DNA of 64,000 nucleotides from Fistulifera solaris (Eukaryota): assembly GCA_030295235.1 (NCBI GenBank), contig AP026147.1:124001-188000 (forward strand), written 5' to 3'. Under the pieces are notes generated by a model that saw nothing but the letters and a program-made list of their open reading frames with translations, had not been told where the DNA came from and did not search any database. Positions 12,574 through 25,019 of this stretch are shown piece after piece (position 1 is the first letter of the stretch; every line of letters starts with the position of its first letter). The translations under genes and the position numbers were made by a program.

Positions 12574-14240
12574 ATGGTGTCTTCTTGCTCTCAAATCAAC
12601 GCTTTTTCCTCTGATATGCTTTCGCATCATCACCAATCGACTCCTGATCGTCCCGGTTATCGTGAAATGGCGCAGACTGCCGCGCCTCTCACTCCTCGTA
12701 CGATCAAAACTCCAGTTCCTCGCATGCGCTCGAGTGCTCATCATCGTCGTCGTTTGTTGACGCCTCAAAGTGGCTTTCGTGAAGATCTGGATCGCTTTAT
12801 TCCGTCTCGTGGTCGCATGAACATCGATTTGTGTCGTCGAAAGCTGAATTCTGTCTCGAAACCTCGTGAATCGTCCAGTGTTGCTTCCTCCGGTCCTCCT
12901 TCCGCAGCTCGTTCGACAAAGCTCGCTTACGAGAAGCATTTGCTGAGTACGTTATGCAATGTTTCTGCGAATGATCTTGATGATGAAGTTCAATTGAAGT
13001 CCATGTTTCAGTACAGTAATGTTTCTTCTTCCAAGATGCACAATCGTCGTCCTATCGTTGCTGCGGACCCTTTCGCGATGGACTTGTTGCGCACATCCAG
13101 CTTCGGCGTTGGTAATTTTGACCAAAAAATCGGCGCTGCCCCGAGCAAGCGAACGATAAACTGCTATCCGGAGAAGGCCTTTGCAGCCCCGGGCATTGTG
13201 AACGATTATTACAGCCATCACATCAGCTGGAGCAAGGACAACGTTCTTGCTGTGGCGAAGGCACGTCCGTGTTTCTCATGAACATGTCTAGCGGTGCTGT
13301 GCACGAAGTAAAGGGCGCTGGTATTACGCCCTGTTGACCAGAGAGGCCTTTCAAACCACATCCGTTCCGTGAAATGGTGCACATTCGACGGAAACGCACA
13401 TCACCTTGCTATAGCGACGAGTGTCGGATTTGTTCGAGTGTTCGACACGACGTGCGACAAAGAGGTGGTTCGGACCAACATGGGCTGTCGAAACACTACG
13501 ATGCGCACCGTGTGCTGGAATGATTCTCACAAGTGGTTGACTGCAGGGTACGCAAATGGTAAGATTGGGAATCTGGACTTCCGCAGTGGCTGCGCGACTG
13601 ATTTGACGATGGAACAGTCTGGAGTAGGTTCTGCGTCGTCTGTTTGCAATCTAGCATGGAACAATGACGGCACGTGTCTTGCCAGCGGTCGGAACGACAA
13701 TATGGTACATCTTTGGGATGCATCCATGACGCGGAGCGTGGATTTCGGCCGTGGTCCCCGACAAGTTTTGCAATCGCACACAGGGGCCGTAAAGGGACTG
13801 GCGTGGTGCCCCTATCGACGCGATATGCTCGCCAGTGGCGGAGGGACGGCAGATGGATGTATCAAACTTTGGAATGCGTTCTCGGGAAGTTTGTTGAAGA
13901 GTGTGCCTACCGGAAGTCAAGTATGCTCGTTGATATGGGGTCAGCACCATCAAGAGCTGTATTCCGGTCATGGCTATGCGAATGCAACGAATACCTCAAT
14001 GAACGCCATTGTCGCTTGGAGCTATCCCAAGATGGAGCAGATACAAACTTTGCGTCCTCATAAAAGCCGTATTTTGTCAATGGAAATGAGTCCCGACGGT
14101 ACAAAGCTCGCATCGCTTGGCGCCGATGAAGTGTTGTGCACTTGGAAAGTCGATGCAGTCCCAGATTCCTCTCGGTCGCGTTCTGTTACGGGAGGCTTCC
14201 TTGCTTCCCCTTCGTTTGGTCTCGCTTCTCCATCCGCTAA
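12574..14240 (+). CDS. CDC20: CDC20/Fizzy-family co-activator, copy 2 (chimeric; frameshifts near 13260, 13310-13330 and 14220)
   Basis: C-box DRFIPSR, HTGAVKGLAWCP..LASGGGTADGCIKLW; restoring 1 nt at ~14220 gives GSRFSIR* ending at TAA 14238-14240. Confidence 0.85.
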
Positions 14241-14619
14241 GCGCATGGAGCACGCAACTCGTCCATTATCGTATGTATCGTTGCAGTTATTTTCTTTTTC
14301 GTTTCTTTTTAATTTGTGTTGCTACCACGCCTTCCATTAATAATGATTTTAACTGTCGTCGTGAATTAATAAAATAATGCGTTTCTCAAAAATATTTAGA
14401 CTGTAATCTCTATTCTGTACGTGATTTTAGACGAGCTACATGATTAGACAAACGACACATACCAGTAAGAATTATGAGCTTAATAGACCTGTCTGGTTGT
14501 CGCGGTTGCCATACTACAAGCTGATTATTAATTATATAAAGAAAGCGGCCGGCTTACAGTTCGCTTTGAACGAATACAGGTCAATTCTATTAATTATTAC
14601 GTTCGCCACAAATTACTGC

Positions 14620-15750
14620 CTAAGAGCTCTCCAGCAGTTCGATACACTCTCGCAGTGAAGCTTTTCGTTCCATCGCTTGGACGATCTTTTCGTACGCCTC
14701 CTTGTTTTGCCGCAACAGCAACCCCGCCGTCAAAGCACCCCACCGCGTCAAATCTTGTTGCGCCACGGCACCCAAAAAGTTCTCCGACCGACGAAAAACC
14801 TGTTGTTCCAGTTGCAACAAATCCTGTGTGGCACTACCGGGAATGACCGAACCAAACGTCAAGGCTTCTCCAAGGACACCCGAAAGTGCTGTTACGGTCA
14901 AGGCAGCGACTTGTGTGGACGTGTATTCCCCTCGCTCCGTTCCCGGAGCCACACTAAATTCGACACACATATCTCCGTCCTCCACACGGTACTCTTGCAC
15001 GGGCAATCCACACCAATACCCACAACAGAAATGAGCCGCTTCGTGTCGCAGCATGCGCTCTTGTGCCGATATAATATTGTCACGATCTCCTCCTTGTCCT
15101 TTGATTGTCTTGATGGCACCGGCAATTGCCGCGGGCGCGGTCGACCCGACGGCCAAGAACAAGACCGGAATCAATGCCACTAAGTAACAGACGGTCGCTC
15201 CCACGTTCGGAGGCAAAAACGCCAAACTAGCAATCCCCGTCAGAGTGCAACCACCCGTCACAAACAGCGTGGCGTATTTAAAATCATCCAAATTGACATC
15301 TTCGTCGGATTCGGCCAATCCCAATTGTGCGGCCGTAATGTTGAGACGCGATTGTAACATGGGTAAACCGACGGGGAATGTTCTTAAGTTTGCCGAACCA
15401 AATTTATCAAAAGTTTGATCTTCCGCAAAGGCTACATCCATGACGGTAGGTTTGGGTGCAATTTTTGGTGCTGCTGGCTTACTGGTTGTGGTCGATTGCC
15501 CCAGTTCCTAAAGAAAATTGAATGGTTCAGTGTACGGAGTATTCAAGCATGTTCTGTCTTCATAAAAGATACGCACCTGACGCAATCGCTCTGCTTCTTG
15601 TCGGGCTTTCGCTGCGGCTTCGCGCAAGGCCTCAATGCTTGGCTCTTGAGACGCCATCGAAAGAACGGATTTCGTCGTTTTCGTCATGGGAACGATGAAA
15701 GCCTCATGGCTTGAAAACAGGAGAGAGAATAGGAAGGCCTGTAGTTTCAT
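14620..15750 (-). CDS. Plastid-targeted membrane protein with FtsH/M41-like HExxH domain and no AAA domain; intron 15508-15576
   Basis: Signal peptide ending SHEA-FIVP, two TM helices, RHEAAHF motif. Confidence 0.75.
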
Positions 15751-16154
15751 GATGGCTAAGTTAATGGAAAATAAGATGGCTGCTGAACAGGATGACTCAA
15801 ATGAGTTTTATAGTGTCTCTTTCTTCTTTTTCTTTGCAATGAGATGCATCGGAATGAGAAAATGCGAGAAAACACGTCAAGAAAATCGTCAGTCGTCGCG
15901 CGCAAAACGTGGTCAACTTTACTATGTTGTCGCAACGGGTTCAAAGCCTTATGTAATGCCTTCCTGACGTGTCTCAGTGACGAAAGTCACCGTTGGGGTC
16001 ATTTATGAAAACCGCAGAGACGCCAATGCCGGATTGGCTCGCACAAAATGTCTCTTTATTGACTTTTCTTTTCGACAATACAGAAAAAACCCTGAAGATC
16101 TATCATTGCCATAGTCTCTTTGTGAATGTCCTTTGTTGTTGATCGCTCTTCATC

Positions 16155-17723
16155 ATGACGAATTTCACGCTCATTTTCATAGTTTTTGTTCTGTGGAATG
16201 CGGCGATTACGTTGCGATCGAGCGGTCTCTGGAAAACGAGCACGAGCCTTACTTCGACCGACGCCGCGGAACTCGCGAAATGGAAGACGCTGCTGCGCAA
16301 ATACTTGCCCGTCTATTTGTTAGCGACCTTGTCGGATTGGTTGCAGGGACCGTATGTGTATGCCCTCTATGCCGATTACGGATATTCGCAACACAGTATT
16401 GCCATTCTTTTTGTAGCGGGCTTTGGGTCTTCCATGATTTTCGGGAGTTTCATTGGGGGGATGGCCGATTGGGGTGGTCGCCGAGCCTTTGTCGTCATCT
16501 TTGCACTCGTCTATGCGGCTTCCTGTTTTACCAAGCGTAAGTTGTGTCTGTGTGTGAGAGACTTGGAGAGCCCGACACTGATATTATCATTACAGACTTT
16601 AAAAGCTTTTATATACTCATGTTAGGACGATTGTTGGGAGGTGTCGCCACAAGTTTGCTCTTTTCCGTTTTTGATGCCTGGCTGATTCGTGCGCATAGTG
16701 ATGCACAGCTCAAGCAGTATTTGGGAAAGTCGTTTAGTTGGGCTGTCTTTGGCAACTCGTTGGTGGCCATTATGGCGGGCTTACTGGCCAACAAAGCAGC
16801 TTCGGCAACCATGCCCATGGTTGGATTCCGAGAAGGTGTCTTTATTGGTGGTTACTTGACTCCATTCGACTTAGCGTTGGCTGCTTTGGTCGGCTGTGGC
16901 TTTTTGGCGGCTACGACGTGGGAAGAAAACTATGGCGACACGGATAGTGCCAAGGAAGGTGGAGAAGTCACGGGGAAAGCGCAATGGCACGACGGCTTGA
17001 AGAATGCTCTGACGACTACGATTCGAAGTACCGACATTTTGTTGTGTGGCATCATCAGCAGTCTCTTTGAGGGAAGCATGTATGTAAGTTATTTCGCAAT
17101 AAACAGGCTCGGTGCGAAACCTACGATTGTCACTTAATTTGCTGGCGGACGCATTTTTACAGGTTTTTGTCTTCATGTGGACTCCTGCGTTGACATCCGG
17201 TGATGACGAAGACACGGAATTGCCATTTGGACTCATCTTTAGTACATTCATGGTTTGTTGCATGGCGGGATCGAGCATATACAGTATCTTGAGCGAGAAA
17301 ATCAAAGGAGAACAGCTTGGTGTACTTTGCTTTGCCGTCGCGTCGGTCTCCATGGCACTTGTGGCGATCAGTCCTAGCAACACTTTGAAATTCTTGGCAA
17401 TGAATGTCTTTGAAATGACCGTGGGCATGTATTGGCCCATCATGGGTACCATGAAAGGGTCCATTGTGCCTGAGTCGATGCGGGCGGCGATTTATAACCT
17501 TTACCGCATTCCGCTGAACTTCATTGTCTTATTCAGTCTGTTGACGGATTTGACACCCACAACATCATTTTGCTTGAACGCCACGATGCTGGCGACTGCG
17601 GCAGTTCTACAAATCGTTTTAATGAAACGAAGGGAATTGCATCTGGGTGCCTCACATCAGGCATCACCACAAAGTGAATTAGAGGACGCGCGACCTTTGG
17701 TTGCCAAAGATGAATCGGTTTGA
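16155..17723 (+). CDS. MFSD5: MFS transporter of the MFSD5/MOT2 (molybdate-anion transporter) family; introns ~16537-16595 and 17083-17163
   Basis: DWLQGPYVYALY, GRLLGGVATSLLFSVFDAW, SLFEGSMYVFVFMWTP, NLYRIPLN. Confidence 0.88.
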
Positions 17724-18009
17724 TATACCGCATTTTTTTAAAAGCACCGAATAAGCCTATTGTTTTCTTTCATGGAAAATGGAGCACAAAGTATGTCCAG
17801 ATGCCATCATTTCTAAATAGAAAAACTACGGAAGGAACAAAGAACTTAACGACAAATCACATTTTTTTAAGTAAATATTCCGTATAGATTCAAAGCTAGG
17901 ATCATCGAAGCGCAAAAAGACAAAACGAATAGTAACGACAGACGACGAAGACAGTAAAACACGCTCGGAAACAAATAATCATGTAATTGCGAAAAGCAAA
18001 TCGTAATAC

Positions 18010-19629
18010 TCAGCGGATGGTGAAACGAGAACCGAAAGATGGGGAGGCTGACACAGCTGTACGAGGACGAGGTGAAGCGGCATCAATTTTCCAGAGGCAC
18101 AAATTCTCATCGGCGCCTATCGATGCCAACCGGTTGCCATCGGGGCTCAACTCCATTGACAAGATGCGATCTTGGTGATACGACAACGTCTGAATGCGTT
18201 GCATCTTAGGGTAGCTCCAGACCACGACTTCGTTGTCCGTGAAGCCGTGACCGGAATAAAGCTCCTGGTGGTGCTGGCCCCAGATCAACGAAGATACTTG
18301 ATTTCCAGTACAAACACTGTGTATCATACGTCCTGAGCAGGTATCCCACAGCTTGATGCAACGATCTGCGGTTCCGCCCCCACTGGCAAGTACGTCACTA
18401 CGATAGGGACACCAAGCCAGTCCCTTGACAGCCGCCGTGTGCGATTCCAATACAAGACGGGGACCGCCGCCTACTTGGAGACTCCTCATCATAGAAGCAT
18501 CCCACAGGTGAACTGTGTTATCACCTCGTCCACTCGCGAGACTTGTGCCTGCAGGATTCCATGCAAGGTTGCATACTGAAGACGACATTGACGATGACGG
18601 TGGTCCGCGTCGAGTCATTCCTGTCATCGAACGGCTACGCCAATCAAGGCTCACAATCTTTCCCGTATGGTCGCCGACTGTCAGCCATTGCATAGCATCA
18701 TTCCAGGAAAGCGCGTGAACCGTACCTCCTCCAACTCTGAGAGAAGTATGAACTTCCTTCTTGCAAATGGTGTCGTACAATCGAACGCCCGAGTCGGTTC
18801 CCACAGCTAGGTAGTGTGTCAATCCTTTCACTGTGCACCACTTCACTGCCCGAACGTGGTTTGAAGTCTCACTTCGGCTGTGAGACACCGTTTTCAAATC
18901 GACCAGCTCGTGCACTGCTTCGGTAGACACGTTCATGAGGTAAACGACCGACCCGAGCGCTATTGCGAGAACATTATCCTTGCTCCAGCTGAGCGGATGA
19001 GCGTAAAAGTTATTCACAATATCCGGTGCATCAAGGACAACCTCAGGACGACAATGGATAACACGAGCGGGAGTTGCGCTGACCTTCTCCGCCGTTAACA
19101 ACGTGGAGGACCGCAAGAAGTCCATCGCGAAAGGGTCCGCAGCAACGATAGGACGACGATTGTGCATCTTGGAAGAAGAAACATTACCGTACTGGAACAT
19201 GGACTTCAATTGCACTTCATCATCGAGATCACTCGTCGGAACATTGCATAACGTACTCAGCAAATGCTTCTCGTAAGCGAGCTTTGTCGAACGAGCTGCG
19301 GAAGGAGGACCGGAGGAAGCAACACTGGACGATTCACGAGGTTTCGAGACAGAATGCAGCTTTCGACGACACAAGTCGATGTTCATGCGACCATGAGACG
19401 GAATGAAGCGATCCAGATCTTCACGAAAGCCACTTTGAGGCGTCAACAAACGACGACGATGATGAGCACTCGAGCGCATGCGAGGAACTGGAGTTTTGAT
19501 CGTACGAGGGGTGCGAGGCGCGGCAGTCTGCGCCGTTTCACGATAACCGGGACGATCAGGAGTCGATTGGCGATGATACGAAAGCATATCAGAGGATAAA
19601 GCGTTGTTTTGAGAGCAAGAAGACACCAT
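18010..19629 (-). CDS. CDC20: CDC20/Fizzy-family co-activator, copy 3 (intact, intronless CDS)
   Basis: Uninterrupted ORF from MVSSCSQ with C-box DRFIPS, WD40 repeats and IR tail. Confidence 0.92.
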   Translation of the reverse strand: MVSSCSQNNALSSDMLSYHRQSTPDRPGYRETAQTAAPRTPRTIKTPVPRMRSSAHHRRRLLTPQSGFREDLDRFIPSHGRMNIDLCRRKLHSVSKPRESSSVASSGPPSAARSTKLAYEKHLLSTLCNVPTSDLDDEVQLKSMFQYGNVSSSKMHNRRPIVAADPFAMDFLRSSTLLTAEKVSATPARVIHCRPEVVLDAPDIVNNFYAHPLSWSKDNVLAIALGSVVYLMNVSTEAVHELVDLKTVSHSRSETSNHVRAVKWCTVKGLTHYLAVGTDSGVRLYDTICKKEVHTSLRVGGGTVHALSWNDAMQWLTVGDHTGKIVSLDWRSRSMTGMTRRGPPSSSMSSSVCNLAWNPAGTSLASGRGDNTVHLWDASMMRSLQVGGGPRLVLESHTAAVKGLAWCPYRSDVLASGGGTADRCIKLWDTCSGRMIHSVCTGNQVSSLIWGQHHQELYSGHGFTDNEVVVWSYPKMQRIQTLSYHQDRILSMELSPDGNRLASIGADENLCLWKIDAASPRPRTAVSASPSFGSRFTIR

Positions 19630-20029
19630 GGTGTGATTTGCGGTATAAAGCCAAAAATTGTGTGAAAATGTATATTGCCGCTGTAGAATTTTGTACGTGA
19701 TTTCGAGTACCAAGACTTGCGTATGTAGCTTTTGTACCTACAGCTACGTGTCGTCGTTCTATGTATGATACGATATATTATACGATACAGAATGTTTGGA
19801 TACAGTATATTTTTGTTATCGCTCGCAGAAAGCGCTGTTGAGAGGTAAGTCACCATGGAGATATCGATTAGGGGTCCATTTCAAGCTCGCGGGCCTTCTT
19901 TTTGTTGCTTATGTAGCATTTACTTACCTCGGTGTCTGTTTCGGTGCATTGCAGGTATACAAAAGCTTAATTCGTGTCAGTGTGAACGTGCGCAGCAAGC
20001 AGCAAAAAACAACAACAACAACAATAAGT

Positions 20030-21081
20030 ATGACAGAAAGCACAGACTGTATGCTTCGTCACGACGCTATGCCAGCCTTGGTGCAATTAGCTATTGAAGT
20101 GAGTTGTTTTTTACAGAACCTCTCGACTTCACGTGCACCTTCTGATCGTTATTGTCGTCGCATTACCGGTACCGGTACCAATTCTGTCGCAGCTTCAGTG
20201 GGCAAAGTTAAAATTTTAGCATCGCTGATGCTACGACTACGGCTATGGCGGCTCGCAAACTTGTGAATGAGGACGATGCTATTGCAAACGAGAGCCGGAA
20301 AGGTCCGAAGGGAGCTCGTCGTGTCGTAACAAATCATCCGCAGCCATCCTTGCCTGTTCGCGATCGTCGCTATTCTTCTTCGGATCAGATAGCGGTACTT
20401 CCTGGTGCTGCAAATGGTAGAAAGGTTTTGTAGCTGCAAAATGGCAGATTTGAAAAGCTGATGGATTGGATAAATGACTACGATGACAACTCCTCTCCAA
20501 GTTTGGCTGCGATTGATGAGCTGGTCGAGAGTACCGGCATGAAGCCATCTCAGATAGTTGCCTGTACCGTAGAGCTGGTGGACGAATTGCGAAGCTCTAC
20601 AACGTGTGTGTTGATGCTGGAGTTGCCATGGAAGTGATCTGTATTGACGAAGACGAGGACAAGGAGAGTGTCCCGGAGCTCATTGATGGCATTGATGCTT
20701 ATGGCGCTGATCTCATTGCAAATGACAATGCGGGACAGGCCGCTCTGATGATTCAGAACACGGAACAAGAGGAAACGGAAGCTCATCCTTTTGGCGCTGA
20801 AAATAGTTCTTTAGAGTCGTTGGTTGTTAGTTCTGGATTTTTGGATTTGAGTTTGAAAGCTCGAGTTCGTCTCACAGCCTCGAAGCTGGGCAGGCTATTC
20901 AGAACCTAGATGCATGGTGTGAAAAGGCGATGACTGGATTTGAAGAGGATGAGCTTTCGCAGATCTTTCGTCGCCAGTGGATGATGACCGTGTTATATAA
21001 CAAATGCGAAGGTCATCGTAGGTTCCATCCAACCGTGTTAGGTCCGATTTGTTGGAAAGTTTGTTCGCCCTGCTTGACTGA
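20030..21081 (+). pseudogene. Pseudogene paralog of the TALE-like gene, divergent from CDC20 copy 3
   Basis: Same start and end as 10908-12170; lacks ~79 codons of the N-terminal domain, in-frame TAG at 20431-20433, several indels; homeodomain-like remnant at ~20438-20592. Confidence 0.7.
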
Positions 21082-21518
21082 TGCTGATTTGTGACGGCGT
21101 TTGTCTCGTTCGCACACCTCTTTTCTTCCATGGTACCCATAGTCTCGTGGTCTTTGTCAGCGCGCTTTTTCGTGATCGTTTATCGTTGCCTTGGGTTCTC
21201 CATGCCTTCTTCGAGCAAAAGTTGTCTTCTCATCCTTACAAAGCTGTGTTGATTTGCCCCTAGTTTTTCAATAGTGTAGCAAAAGAGATTCTGTCGTAGT
21301 TATTATTCGTCGCCACTTGCCTACTATCTAAAGAACTTTGACTTTTTCGTTAGTTGAGATTGCCGGCAAAACGTTTGTTCTGCTTTGATGATGTATCGAA
21401 TTATTACACATTATTACTCTATATGAAAAGCAGAAGCAACGGTGAATTTGAAGGTATTCCGTTCACGTTTTTGATCGTGACTATCTAGCATCTATTTTTA
21501 AAATCCCCTTATTTATTT

Positions 21519-23955
21519 TCACATCGAACAAGGAAGGCACGTGGACAGTTCATTCCGGACCACCGCCGTGGCCTCGACCATGTTACGCAAGGCTGCAATC
21601 GTTTCAGGCCATCCTCTTGTTTTTAAACCGCAATCAGGATTCACAACTGTCTGATCCAAATCAAGCACCGTCAGAAAGCTCCTAAGCTTTGCCTCGATTT
21701 CATCTCTGGAAGGCACGACTGGGGAATGAATATCATACAATCCAGGACCAAAGCCTTTCGTGTACCCAATGCTTTTGAATGCCTTGAGAGTTGCATTGTC
21801 GCTGCGAGCATTTTCAATCGAGTTCACATCCGTGTCCATGCGATCGATTGCTGTTAAAGGGAAAAAAACAAACATTAGTGTCCCAAGTACCCGCGTCCTC
21901 GAATAGGAATTGTGTACGCACCATGCATGCAATCCTGGAATTCGCAGTAGCACATGTGAGTATGAATCTGAGTTTCACTCTTTGCGCCAGCTGTGGATAG
22001 ACGAAATGCATCTACTGCCCAGTTGAGGTACTCATCCCGCTCTGCTGTACGAAAAGGCATTCCTTCTCGCAGTGCAGGCTCATCAACTTGAACAACTATG
22101 CACCCCGCTTCCTCCAAGTCCCGAATTTCGTCGCGAATGCAAAGGGCAATTTGGAATGCTTGATCCTTGCCAGAGATGTCGATACGCGGGAAGGACCAAT
22201 TGAGAATGGTAATGGGACCCGTCAACATTCCCTTGACAGGTTTTTCAGTGAGCGACTGCGCAACCTTAAACTCACGCGTTGTCATAGGAAAAGGACGAGA
22301 GATATCGTTCCAAAACACCGGGGGTCGCACGCAACGACTTCCAAACGACTGTACCCATCCATGCTGCGTAAAAAGAATACCCTCCAGTTGTTCCCCGAAA
22401 AATTCCACCATGTCCGTGCGCTCCGGTTCTCCATGCACCAAAATGTCCAAGCCCAACGTCTCCTGGACACCAATGCAATAAGCAATCTGCTGATCCATAG
22501 CCGCCTGATACTCGGCATCATTCAACAAGCCTTTCTTCCAGGCCGCGCGAACACGACGAATCGCCGAGGTCTGTGGAAAGGAGCCAATCGTGGTCGTCGG
22601 TAGAGCTGGCAACCCTTTTAGTTGCTGCTTGCGACGCTCGAGATAGTCCGTGCTGCGACGAAAGTCGCTTGGTTGAACAGCTTGGAGACGATCTCGAACA
22701 GAAGAGCTTTGAGAAGTCTGTCGCGATTCGACAAAGCTTTTCCATGCACTTTCGTGATCTGAGAGCAAGTGTTCGCTGTCCTCGCCATCCAACAAGCACC
22801 CGGCAACCTTAGCAAGTCGAGCGACTTCCTGTAGCTTCTCTTTGGCAAATGCCAAGACCTGAAGAGCGGGGTGACTCTCTGCAATCAACTTGTCTTCGCG
22901 CTCCACCGTCCAGGGAAGAAACTGCAAAGTGCTGGATGGTTGGATACGGAATATAACGCCTTTGTCTACCAAGCACTTCAAAACGGGCAACGCTGTGGCC
23001 GGATCAAATTTCCAAACATTTCTCGCGTCCACAAGTCCACAGCCGATCGTCTTGGTAGCGCCATACTTCTGCACCAAAGCCAGCGTGTCACCTCGAGTGA
23101 AATCCAGAGACACCACATGAATTCCGTTGGCGGCCGACATGAGCCACTGGTAGTTGGTATCCCCCACATCGTCCATGTACGAGACCATGTTGATCGTTAC
23201 ATCCGGCGCAAGGATCTTGGGATACGCTGCATCCAGGAGGGGATTGATGCTGGGATCATTGAACACCAGACACGGCTCATGAATCTGGATTTCCTTGACA
23301 CCCAGACCCACCAGCTCCTGTATCAACGCCTCATAGACCGGAAGCAACAAGTCGACCAGTGTACTTCTCGATACACCGGGAGCGGAGATCTTGGTCAAGT
23401 AAGCAAACGAAACTGGACCCAGAAGAACGGGAGTCGCACAGTCCGCTCCCAATGTCGCGACACCGCGGCGACAGTCCTCGAGGAAGCGAGAGAAATCCGC
23501 GTGGATTTGAGAGGTTTCATCGTACTCGGGGACCATATAATGATAGTTACTCGTGATCCACTTCTTCATGCCTAGATGTTTTTTGTGTGCGTGAGAGAGT
23601 GCCAGTGATCGAAAAAAAACAGAAAGGTCGACTTACTCAATGCCGGAGCGCCGTCGACGCCACGCGCCATCGCAAAGAGACGATCGATGCCGGGAGGAAG
23701 GTGCGCAAAGCGTTTTGGGACCATTCCCAAGCTCTCCGTCATCATGAGAACAAAGTCGTAAAGATACTGATCACCTACAGTAATCTTGGTGAGTCCAACT
23801 TGCAACGCCCAAGCCGCGTCTTCGACCGAACGAGCAACTTGCAACAAATCATGTTGAGAAATGGTTCCTTTCCAATACTTTTCCAAAGCAAACTTGAGTT
23901 CGCGGTTCGGGCCTATGCGAGGGAAACCGAGCGAAGAAGTGGGAACAAGCTTCAT
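21519..23955 (-). CDS. METE: Cobalamin-independent methionine synthase; introns 23572-23636 and 21851-21921
   Basis: GFPRIGPNRELK, MKKWITSNYHY, PTTTIGSFPQT, HGEPERTDMVE, THMCY zinc ligands, NPDCGLKTR. Confidence 0.97.
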
Positions 23956-24181
23956 GATGATGCGACGGATACGGTTGGAGGCAAAGGAGAATGCAATTGA
24001 GAATGCGTTGTCTGAAATAAGTCAGATCTGTTTTTGTGAGCCGATTCGAGAGAGCGATTTGTCGTTTACGGAATTCAAGATACCGAATCATTTGATTCAA
24101 CAAGGAACGTTTCGGCACTTTCATTTGCCGAAGAGCCATCAATTTATCTTTTGTCGGATCAAGAGGTTTCGGAATCGGAAA

Positions 24182-24398
24182 CACGTTCTCTGGTCTCGTT
24201 CTTTGATAGACGTAGACTCCTCGCTAGCACCGTGTGACCTTGTTGTGTTCGAAGAACGTGTCACATGAAAGAGACGTCATATCTTGCATCGAACGGCAGA
24301 TGATTTTTTGCGCTCTTTATTTGAAGGCGAAATCACACCAGGCACTCAATGCACGTTCTTTGTGTCAATGGTGCGATATGCGGAAGAACGTGCTTCCG
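24182..24398. promoter_or_regulatory. Four copies of AGAACGTG core upstream of METE (best copy is the near-palindrome CGGAAGAACGTGCTTCCG)
   Basis: Cores at 24182-24189 (-), 24253-24260 (+), 24352-24359 (-), 24385-24392 (+). Confidence 0.65.
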
Positions 24399-24692
24399 AT
24401 GCAACAAAAATGAAAATGAAAAAAGTGCGACGAGACTTGCATTTCATTCACGCGTAGTGGCTCATGAATAAGGCGTCATCATTAATTTTGTCGACGAAGG
24501 ACAGACACACGATATGACGTCACGACGCTCTCGTGACTCGTGACTGACTCGCGCTTGGAGGATATCGCCGCGTTGATCGCATGAGATGTGTTATTGTTTT
24601 GCCTAATATACTTTGTATTAGGTCTATCATACTGCTTGCTTCCATCTTTTCTCTTTATTCAATTGTTTCATCAAATACCTGGTACACACGAA

Positions 24693-25019
24693 ATGGCGTC
24701 ATTGCAGCAAATTACTGATGCCATGACCCTTGCCGTCGAACAAGACAAAACGATCCGCAGCAAATTCCCGACGAATGTGCAGTTCAATGTCGACGGAGAG
24801 ACGTATGTTTTGCAAATTCTAGAGGACGGTCCTGTCGATTTGCACGTCAAGACTTCGATCGAGACATTGCACGATTTACTGGAAAAGAAAATATCACCGC
24901 AACAAGCTTTTATGAAAGGGAAATTGAAAATCAAGGGTAAAATGGCCCTGGCGATGAAATTGTCGTTGGTCCTCGATGCTACCCGTAAGCACCTGGCCCT
25001 GCAAACGTCCCGACTATAA
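24693..25019 (+). CDS. SCP2: Stand-alone sterol carrier protein-2 domain protein, probably peroxisomal
   Basis: ISPQQAFMKGKLKIKGKMALAMKL; C-terminal SRL (PTS1-like). Confidence 0.88.
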   Translation: MASLQQITDAMTLAVEQDKTIRSKFPTNVQFNVDGETYVLQILEDGPVDLHVKTSIETLHDLLEKKISPQQAFMKGKLKIKGKMALAMKLSLVLDATRKHLALQTSRL

